From positions 558,001-622,000 of the forward strand of contig OZ025671.1 of the NCBI GenBank assembly GCA_964019335.1: 64,000 nt of DNA, in the 5' to 3' direction. The translations under genes and the position numbers were made by a program. Shown piece after piece: positions 1 through 8,671 of this stretch. This stretch comes from Diplonema japonicum (Eukaryota > Protista > Euglenozoa: Diplonemea). Every line of letters starts with the position of its first letter. The stretch's first letter is position 1. The notes below the pieces were generated by a model. It was not told the DNA's origin and searched no databases. It saw nothing but the letters and a program-made list of their open reading frames with translations.

Positions 1-384
1 TCCTAGCCGACCCTTCTTAAAGAAAGAACCCCCCCCCCTTTTTTTATTCCCCCCATTGTCACTAGGTATTTTATTTTCTTTCTATTTTGTGCACGTGTAT
101 TTCCCCCCTTTTTTCTTTTAGAAACAAGAGTGTGAGTGAAAAATAAAAAAAAAAATGCAAACTCGATCAGTCTTTGCGGAACGTGCGATTGGTGCCCACC
201 GTGGACTGGGTATCCTACAAAAAAAAAGAATATGAGGGGTTTTTTTTTATTTATTATTTTATTTTACCTCTTTTGTTCTCTTTACCTCATTTTCAAAAAA
301 AAAAAAAGTAAAAAGAAAGTCGTTTTCAGAAAAAAACCAGGGGAAAAAAAAAAAAAAAAGAATTCAGAGAAATGAAAGAAAAAG

Positions 385-683
385 AATATATGAGTTAAAG
401 GAGGCCGGTGTTGGCGGCGCCCTGCACAAGAACTGTCTACTTGATTACAGGGGGCGCGCCGCGGCCGAGTTGTAGCTTCTTCTGCGTTGCGGTGTACAGC
501 TCAACCCCAGCCGGTGCCCGGGTAACCAAGATTCTGCGCTCGTGCAGTTTGCTGCCTGTTCGTCACCCTGAGCATCTGCATTATGTTCTTCCACTCGGGC
601 GCTACCGGTGATGACCGACGAGGAGGTCAACAGCGAACAACACATCTGATGGTTTTCTTATATTTTCAGTTATCCCCACCACC
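385..683 (-). mobile_element. SINE-like structured repeat, family A, copy 1 (full length, 5' HDV-like ribozyme)
   Basis: Closely matches 8356-8626 (one ~24-nt indel). Its 3' part recurs at 31983-32030 and 41224-41311. Both long copies begin at the same 5' sequence GGTGGTGGGGATAAC; the 3' end is ...CCGGCCTCCTTTAACTCATATATT. No credible coding capacity. Confidence 0.8.
547..683 (-). ncRNA. HDV-like self-cleaving ribozyme (predicted)
   Basis: Minus-strand manual fold: P1 GGTGGTG (683-677)/CATCACC (613-607); P2 GTTCGCTGTTG (638-628)/CAGGCAGCAAAC (558-547); P3 ACC/GGT around L3 TCCTCGTC; GG after P1 available for P1.1; P4 CGCCCGAGT...GCTCAGGGTG; J4/2 ACGAA with catalytic C at 562. Confidence 0.8.
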
Positions 684-1005
684 TTAAAAGAAAGAGAGCA
701 TATAAAAAAAGAAAATAGAACCTGCGCCGTGTTGCTTGTCACTCCGGTCAAAGGCGTAACACCACCACCCCTCCCTCCCTTCCTTCCTTTTTTTCCTTCT
801 TTTCCCGCAACCTCGGCCATACTAACTTCATGCTTTAAGGCACAGAAATAAAGAGGAACCAAATATGCAGAAGTTTTTCTTTCACACCCTTTCTTTTCTA
901 AAAATCCTCCACCTGTCGCAAATATACCAAATTAAGTACCTCATTCAGTGTTATATAATATCACCGGAACAGTAGATGGAATAGATGAACGGGGAAGAGG
1001 AGTAC

Positions 1006-1046
<41 letters not shown>

Positions 1047-1124
1047 TCAAAAAAAGAAGAGAAAACAGAACCTAAAAGAAAAAAAAAAAAGAAAAAAAGA
1101 AAAAAAGAAAAAAAAGAACTTATT

Positions 1125-1403
1125 TCACAACAGTAACTTCATAACGCCATGCGATTGCTTCGATTTCGCAAGGTCGAGGGGGGTTTCCCCTGCTTTGTTC
1201 TTCAGGTATTTGTTACACCCGAAGTCTAGAATCGCCTTTTTTTTTTCTTTTTTTTCCCCCCCTTTTTCTTCTTCTTCTTCTTCCCACACCTTTGCCGCTT
1301 TTGGTCTTTCAAACAACGCAGCCCAATGGAGTGGTGTGTCACCTTCCTCATCCGCAGAGTTGCAGGTTTCCTTCGTAAGCAGTGCCGAGAGGATGCTGGC
1401 CTT

Positions 1404-1446
<43 letters not shown>

Positions 1447-3736
1447 TATTATTATAACCCCTAAACGCCCGCGCGGACGTTTTTGTCCTTATTTCAAAAT
1501 TTGCTTTTTCGCTAAGTACTTTTTTTTTGAACACGGCCCCTGGACTTCAAAATATGGCATTGTTGCGCGGTTTATTTTGTCTTGGAACTACATTTTGCGT
1601 TAAAAGTTTTGTTTTAATTGAAACCGGCAGGGTTGGCTTAAAATGAAATCAGATGGTCAAAATAGCAGCGAAAACGTGAGTCTCCCCCGACTGGTCAGAA
1701 AAAGAAGAAAAAGACGATGAGGCGGTCAAAGAGGGGCCGGAAACGATGCTTGGGTGGGAGAAATACTCCCAAAGCGCCCGAAACATATCATTTCCGTAAA
1801 AAGGTGGGCTTTGGACACCTCTAGGTGAAGCGGCCAATGAGGAGGGTGTTTTTAATCTTTTTTTTTTACACACGCGGTACTTGAGCTCATAGTTTCTTCC
1901 ACGAACGGTCGTTTCGGTTCAAAAAAACAGCACAATAAAAGTCATGGCACCACGAAAAAGCAACTCGGTGGGCATCAAGGTAATCGCTACATGCGACTCA
2001 TAAAACTGTTACCTGGCGAATTTCAACATTTTCAGCAAGAAGTCCACAACACAGGACCTAGTCATGCGTACTGTCGACTCTTAAGGGTTTGCTGTCGACC
2101 CCTGACCGGCAAGACCAGCTCCAGGGGACTGGAGTTCGGCATATGAAAACCCGGAAGTGGACCATGGTCGTTTTTTATTGGGTCCTGGAAAGCTGTGTTG
2201 CCAACTCCTCCATAATCTGGAAGAATAGCAGGGAATGTGGCAAAAATTATGGCTTCCCGAGCTTCGAAGAAGAACTTGTTGGCAAGCTTCTCACCCATGC
2301 CCCAAAAACCGATAGCACACCCCCCCCCCGACAACACCGTCACCGACCCCCAAGCGCAAACACGCTAGCAATGAGGATTCCCTCACTCAGAAATACCCAA
2401 AACGTCTCGATTTGACCCTAAATCACACCTCCGAGACCATGATGAACGGAACGAAGGTGAGGAGGGTGCTCTGTGCTGTTCCTGGGTGCGGGAAGAAGGC
2501 GCAAACGTGGTGCCCCTGTTGCAAAACCCCCTTATGCAAAACGTGTTTTTTACCCTTGCATGCTACCCCAGTTGGAAAAAAAACTCACAAGTTGCTTTTT
2601 TCATCCCACAGCCCCAAAAAGTCTCCAGACTGACCTCAATCCTAGAGTTCAGGGCACCAAATAGGGCTGAATGCTGCCCTTTTTAGCCCAGCCATAACTC
2701 CACGGACCCCCCACGACAAGACCCCCAAAATCGGACATAAAAAGTACACCCTCAACCCCCCTCTTACACACATAGTTAAGTGTTCTCATCTGAATCTGGC
2801 ACCTGGAATTGAAAATTTTAGTACCGTTTACCCTTTCCTTGCACCTTCCTATGGTTGCATGCTGCCCTTTTTTTGAGTATTTAAAGCAACAACGAAAATG
2901 GGGGGGGTACCGTAGATAGGCTCCGGGCGTTTAGTGCAATTTTTTTTTTTTTTCCCACATACTGAGGCTGGTGTTTCTTCTAGACACATGGTGTTGTGTA
3001 TAGGTAAGCACCCCTTGGGGTCGGGTTGGGTGTGAGAGGCACCGTTGTTCAACAAACACAACGCAATTTTGGGTTTTCCATTTTTGAGTGCAAGGTGTAA
3101 TGGGGTGTCCCCATGATCGTCTTCTTCATGGACGGCCTCGGGGCAGCGCGTGAGAATCTTCTTGAGTATGGAAATCCCTTCGGTCGTTTCAAAGGATTCT
3201 TTGTCATCTTCCTCGGAGACCTGGGAGGCGACAGCAACAATTTCAGCGCCTGTGATAGGAGCATTGAGGGAGAGGAGGAGGGACGCGGCTTTAACTCTTC
3301 CAGAAAACATTGCAAGCTGTAGAGCGTGAGGTGCCTCTTGCAATACGGGTTTTGTTGCGAGAAATGAAATAACTGAGAGACCCCTTACTGTGTGGAAAGC
3401 TGGAGCTACAATGGCATGGTGGAGAGGAGAGTCGCCTTCACTGTCAATTATGTTACAAGGGGACCCTTCTTTTATTAGCTTAATGCACATTTCGGGGTTT
3501 TGATCGATGCCAACTGCCACCATCAACCGCATGCCTAGTTCCTGCCTCCGTCCTCGAAGGTCGGCTACCCGAGAGCAATTCCCAGTATCGTCCTTCTCAG
3601 GGAGCACTGCTGGTGTATCCTCTAACTTCACCACAGCAATCGCTTGTGGCCCCGGCGACGAATTCTTCCTTCCATTGTTTTTTGCTTCATTATTATTTAT
3701 AGGTTTTCCCTCTTGTTTGCTCCCACAATCACCCAT
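1125..3736 (-). CDS. Ankyrin-repeat protein, 3 exons (3736-2963, 1400-1290, 1235-1125)
   Basis: Ankyrin motifs GDSPLHHA, GDTPLHLA, GDTPLHWA, GETPLDLA. Phase-0 GT-AG introns 2962-1401 (contains the piggyBac remnant) and 1289-1236 join the exons in frame. N-terminus MGDCG suggests myristoylation/palmitoylation. Confidence 0.8.
1459..2936 (+). mobile_element. Degenerate piggyBac DNA transposon inside ankyrin intron 1
   Basis: TIRs CCCTAAACGCCCG (1459-1471) and CGGGCGTTTAGTG (2924-2936). Broken transposase fragments: GIKVIATCDS*NCYLANFNIF, DQ...KTRKWTMVVFYWVLESCVANSSIIW, and the C-terminal Cys-rich domain CAVPGCGKKAQTWCPCCKTPLCKTCFLPLH. Stops and frameshifts present; TTAA TSDs imperfect. Confidence 0.8.
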
Positions 3737-4685
3737 TCTTTCTGTGGTGTTTATTTATTTTTTTTTTCTGACAAAAAAAAAGGGTAATAAAAGTAAACGT
3801 GGGAAACGGGGGGACAGGAAAATGGAAATGGGAGACAAAGAAAAGAGGGTGAAGAAAAAAAAAAGGAGGGGATAAAAAAAAAAAAAAAGAAAGCAGACAT
3901 TTTGTTGTTGCTTTTTTTTTTGTGCCTTTTTTTTCCCCCCCTTTTCTTCGCTCTCTTTCTTTGTTAAATAAAGAAAGCCCCCCCCCCCCCCCGCCTACCC
4001 AACTCTTCTTCTTCTTCTTCTTCTTCTCAGAGAAGTCTTTTTTAAAAGAACTTTTTTTTAACCGTCTTATCCTTCGGGGGGAAGTGGTGGCGCCCATTTT
4101 TTTTTTTTTTTTTTTTTTAGAAGGGAAAAGAAGAAAAAAGAAATCGGGCATGGCACTCAATTTTTCTTTTTCCATTCCCTCTTTTTTTTTCGGGTTGCAA
4201 ACTCACCAAAGAACTTTCATTCATTTTTACCCCCCCCCTTTTTTTTCCTCCTTTAAAAGAGGGGAACCTCCGCCCCCTCCAAAAAAAATATTTTAAGACA
4301 GCCGATGCTATAAAAGAAAGGAAAAAAAAATCTTTTCTTTGCTCCCTGCACAGTGCACTCACATTCAGACTATCATGGGGGGTGAGCAGAGAAAAGACAG
4401 AAGGAAGCGAATGGGTGGGAGAAACTAGTGTAATCAAAAAATCACAAGTAGGAAAAAAAGAAAGAAAAAAAAACAGATTTTATAAGGGGAGAGGGGGAGG
4501 GGACACATACACCCCCTTTTCTTTTGAAGCAAAGGGGAAAGAAAAAGGGTCGATCCCCGCCGCTTTTTATTTTTTCTTTTGCCTCTCTCTTTTTCCACAA
4601 AAGAAACCTTTTCTTCTTCGCTCACTTGGCACCACACCTCCCCCCCCCAGAAAAAATAAAACCAAAGGGAAGTAAGGGAAAGGGG

Positions 4686-4720
<35 letters not shown>

Positions 4721-4723
<3 letters not shown>

Positions 4724-4762
4724 ACATTTAAGGGTACCTGCGGTATGTGACAGGACGCCTGA
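4721..4762. repeat. Repeat family B, copy 1 (42-nt hairpin motif)
   Basis: GAGACATTTAAGGGTACCTGCGGTATGTGACAGGACGCCTGA; 41/42 identical to 7747-7788, diverged copy at 27397-27441. Confidence 0.8.
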
Positions 4763-5636
4763 AAAAAAAAAGGAGGGTAGAGGGAGGGAAAGATAAACAT
4801 ACCATACCTTCAAGGGAGTCACCATCTTGGTGGGCTATAAAACTGCTTCTTTTTTTTTTTTGTGTGTACTTGCAACCACAGCCAACCCAGCTGGGACAAA
4901 ATGCCTTCTTTTTCGTTGCTCCTTTCATCATCAATAGTTTTATGCATTAAGACCCCCATCCCCAGCTACGACAGAGGAAGAAGAAAAAAAGAGAAAAAAA
5001 AAGGAGAGGGAGAGGGAGAGGGAGGCACAGGGAGGACAGCAGGTTGCAGGAAAGAAACGAATTTCCGGAAAATCAATGTCAAAATCAATGTCTGTCGTCC
5101 CGCCCCTTTCCCCCTCTTTCCCTTCCAACTTCAGATACCTTGTAACCCCTTTTAAAAGTAACGTGTCTCGAAGAAGCAAAAGAAAGAGAGAGCGAGAGAA
5201 TAGAATGGGGTTTTTTTTCATCCTTTCCCTTTTCCTTCACACAAATTATTATTATTTTTTTTTTTAAATACAAGGAAAAAAAAAGGGGGGAGGGGAAATC
5301 GAGAGTGGCTAAAGGAAAAATACAAAGCAAGACAGCAAGACACCCCTATTCTAGACCTATCCCCGTTATGTTAATTTTTTTTAAATGTCCCTGTGATAAT
5401 TCTTTTTTTTTTCTTCCCCTTCTTAAATCTTTTAGTTACACGTGGTTTGCAATAAAGCCCGTTGTTTCCGGAGGAGGAAGGGAAAATTATTGAATCAACT
5501 GTAAAGATAGAATGGAAAAAAAAGGGGGGGGGGAGAAGAAGAAAAAACACAATGTGAAAGTAGATACCGGGTTTCTATTTGTTTTAAAAAAAAAAGAAAG
5601 ACTGGGGAGGATTTTTTTTTCGTAGTAATCGTTTAA

Positions 5637-5785
5637 CCCTTAAAGACGGGAGAAATTCATCAAAACAAAAAAAAAGACTTAAACAGGCCCTTTCTGTGTG
5701 GGGGGGGCTAGGAGAAAAAAAAAAAAAAAAAAGAAAAAAAAAACAGTTTTTAAGAGCTGATAAACCAGCTCCCGTCCTTCAAGGG
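5637..5785. mobile_element. piggyBac-type MITE (149 bp)
   Basis: TTAA (5633-36) + CCCTTAAAGACGGGAG ... CTCCCGTCCTTCAAGGG + TTAA (5786-89): near-perfect TIRs starting CCCT, with a TTAA target duplication. Confidence 0.8.
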
Positions 5786-6025
5786 TTAAACAAAAAAATA
5801 AAGGGGGAAGGAGGAGCAGTTTTATTCCAACTATCTAATCGCACAGAAAAGACGGAGAATAGAAATGGAAAGAAAACGAAAAAAAGAAAAAAAAGAAAAA
5901 AAAAATCTTACATCTTTTTGCTTTCCCTTGCCATCAACTCTCATGTTTATATAGAACAAATAAAAAAAAAAGAGAAAAATAGAAGAAAAATAAAAAATAA
6001 AAAATAAAAAATAATAATAATAATA

Positions 6026-6460
6026 TTAACACGAACTAAAGGCGTTTCTCGCTTTCTTCTGAAGCATTGCCCTTAAGGAAGGGTTCTTTTTCTTTCTCCT
6101 TGCTTTGTTGATCTTTGTTGTGTGGACCGGTTTTTGCTTCCCGAGCTTCCCGATGCTGTAGTTAAGAAGCGATGAAAGTATACTGGACATGGGCTGAACA
6201 TGTGTTTCCTGTGCAGTTTTTCGTTCCTCTTTAGACTCGTTAAGCGACATGGCTTCCATTTCAAGATTCAACTGGACCACACTTACTGTGGCGTGGGTGG
6301 CTTCTTTTCTCTTTTTTCCTTTTAAGACTCGCAGGCTTATTCCCCCGACCCTCAACGGGCTGCATCTCAGCGCTGGCGTTTCCATGGGTCGTATTACAGG
6401 TGCTTCTGGGCACACCCTCACTGGGGAGGGCGAGCGTTCTATCAGCGCACAGCCTTCCAT
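6026..6460 (-). CDS. Hypothetical protein (144 aa, basic)
   Basis: Complex, homopolymer-free ORF MEGCALIERSPSP...; ATG preceded by a (CA)n leader; same strand as all other genes. No family recognised. Confidence 0.6.
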   Translation of the reverse strand: MEGCALIERSPSPVRVCPEAPVIRPMETPALRCSPLRVGGISLRVLKGKKRKEATHATVSVVQLNLEMEAMSLNESKEERKTAQETHVQPMSSILSSLLNYSIGKLGKQKPVHTTKINKARRKKKNPSLRAMLQKKARNAFSSC

Positions 6461-6782
6461 GTTGTGTGTGTGTGTGTGTGTGTGTGTTTGTGTGTATTGT
6501 AGTTTCAAAAATCTAACTCCCACCCAACTGAGAAGAATTTTTTTTTTTGGTGAGTTTTTTTTTTTGTTGGATCTCAAAGTTTACGTGGGGTGGGGTGGGG
6601 GTGGAGGGAGAACAGAGGGTGGGGGATATACTATACAACATAAAAAAAAAAAAAAACAAGGGTAAAAAAAAGGAGGGGGGAGGGGAGATGCGATCTATCA
6701 ACGTGAACAAGAAGAGAACAAAAAATGACTATTTATTAAATAAAAATCAGATTACCTGATTTTTACGAGGAATTTTTTTTTT

Positions 6783-6845
6783 TCACGAGTAGCTCAGTGG
6801 TCATGTCGCCTCCTGGAGACGCCAGATCAAATCCTGGACCCCGAA
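6783..6845 (+). pseudogene. tRNA-derived sequence (degenerate)
   Basis: A box TAGCTCAGTGG, degenerate T arm CCAGATCAAATCCTGG, followed by T6. No valid acceptor or anticodon stem. Confidence 0.45.
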
Positions 6846-6876
6846 CTTTTTTCGATAAAATCGGGGTCAAAAAAAC

Positions 6877-6947
6877 GGTCCCTCGGGGCTTGAACCCTCG
6901 ACCCCTGAAACAGTGGCCGAGGATCCTGACCACTGACCTACGGCGGT
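6877..6947 (-). pseudogene. tRNA-derived sequence (degenerate)
   Basis: Minus strand: A box TAGGTCAGTGG and B box GGTTCAAGCCC at tRNA spacing, followed by T7. Acceptor stem does not pair. Confidence 0.55.
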
Positions 6948-7746
6948 GTTAGCGGCCACCAGATGCAAAAAATGAAGACGGATGCCGAAAAAGCCCGAAA
7001 ATTGCTCAGAGTAAAAATCAGATTTTACTTTATTTTTACAGCACTTTTTTAAGCCAAATTCGGCCTATTACTTTATTTTTATTCTTCACTTTATTTTTAC
7101 TCGTGAACGATAAAGTGATTTCTGATTTTTATGGCTCTTTAGGAATTTCCTCATGTAACTTTACAGAATTAAATAAAAAAAACAAAACAAAAAAGGTGGA
7201 TGTTTGGGCTGTTTATTGCGAATAATAAGAAAAAAAAAAGTTTGTTCTAGCAGCTTCTTCTTCTCCTTCTTCTTCTTCTTTTTTTTTTTTTTTTTTTTTT
7301 TTTTTTGGCATCAGGGTGAATTCAGAAATTGGGAAGTAGGAAATTAGGAAATAAAGTAAACTGAAGAAGAAAGGGATGGGGGAAAAAAAAAATCCCCCAT
7401 GTATTCCGTAAAGTAGGGGGGGGATTTTTTTTTTTCCTATTTCCTTCAGCAGGTAGTCGTTTGGGTAAATGTGCATTGTGCGAACGAAACGATTCGCAGC
7501 AGAATCGTGTTATAATGTTTAAAAAAAAAAAAGAGTCGGCTGATTGTTTGTGCAGCACAGTCCGGGTCCGCCGGCGCCGTGGGGCCCCCCTCCGGGTATA
7601 GTATAACCGACAACTCCGACGGGTCGATGTCTGCGCAAGCCATTTTCACCTACAGTAGGGATAAACGGACAAGCTGCCTCTACTCTTTTTTGCAATAACA
7701 ATTCTTTTCAAAAATTTGTTTACTTGTTCCAGCAAAAAAAAAAAAA

Positions 7747-7788
7747 GAGACATTTAAGGGTACCTGCGGTATGTGGCAGGACGCCTGA
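7747..7788. repeat. Repeat family B, copy 2
   Basis: 41/42 identical to 4721-4762; CCTGC-GGTATGTG-GCAGG hairpin. Confidence 0.8.
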
Positions 7789-7916
7789 CAAAAAAAAAAA
7801 GGTGAAAAAGAAGAAATAACAAGCAAACAAACAAACACCACTGAGAGGGTTCGGGAGGAAGTCACTTACTTTTTTTTTTTCTTCTTCGTTCTTTTTTTTT
7901 TTTGTGTCTCTTCCCC

Positions 7917-7949
<33 letters not shown>

Positions 7950-8355
7950 CACATTGCCACCCCGATAAATATTTTGCCACAACACAAGGGAAAAGGAGGT
8001 TAATAAAACCATTCTTTCTGTTCGGGGGTTTTCCCTTTTGCTTAAAAATTGGCACCTCCATTTTCTTCTCCCCCCCGTTTAAAAAAAAAAAACATAACTA
8101 ACCAAACACATGGAAGAGAAAAAAAAGAAAACAAAAAAAGTTAGCTTTAAAAGAAAATAGAGAAGACAGTCATATTATACTATTCAAAAAAGAAAAAAAA
8201 ATCATTCTCTTTTCTTCTTCTTTTTTTTTTTTTTTTTTTTTGCTTAAACTAATACTACTTGAATCTATGAAGGTCTTCCCCTTAAAAAAAAGAAAGAAAA
8301 AAGAAGAACTTGACTTTGGTTGCTTATAAACCGCCTGGCGTACAAGCAACTGCAG

Positions 8356-8626
8356 GCACAGTCTACTTGATTACAGGGGGTGCTCCTCGGCCGAGTTGTA
8401 GCTTCTTCTGCGTTCCGCGCTGTGTCCTTAATGCGTGCGGTGTACAACTCAACCCTAGCCGGGGCGCCCCGGGTAACCAAGATTCTGCGCTCGTGCAGTT
8501 TGCTGCCTGTTTGTCACCCTGAGCATCTGCAATACATTCTTCCACTCGGGCGCTACCGGTGATGACCGACGAAGAGGTCAACAGCGAACAACGTACTTCT
8601 TATATTTCCATGTTATCCCCACCACC
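8356..8626 (-). mobile_element. SINE-like repeat family A, copy 2 (5' intact, 3' end divergent)
   Basis: Matches copy 1 from the GGTGGTGGGGATAAC 5' end to ...GTAGAC. Lies about 45 nt downstream of the stop codon at 8672. Confidence 0.8.
8498..8626 (-). ncRNA. HDV-like self-cleaving ribozyme (predicted), second copy
   Basis: Same P1/P2/P3/P4 strands as 547-683. Differences fall in J1/2, the P4 loop, L3 (TCTTCGTC, P1.1 becomes U-G) and the variable base after the catalytic C (ACAAA; C at 8513). Confidence 0.75.
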
Positions 8627-8671
8627 CAGAGGAAAAAAAAAATATATATATATTATTAATATCCATTTTGC

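Larger units (their letters stand above)
6740..7132. mobile_element. Inverted-repeat element carrying two convergent tRNA-like units
   Basis: IRs ATAAAAATCAGA (6740-51)/TCTGATTTTTAT (7121-32) and TTCACGAGTA (6782-91)/TACTCGTGAA (7098-7107); left-end hairpin 6741-6765; A/B-box tRNA-like units inside. Confidence 0.55.

Noticed and set aside
6783-6947. Functional tRNA genes
   Set aside because: Acceptor and anticodon stems do not pair; treated as tRNA-derived.
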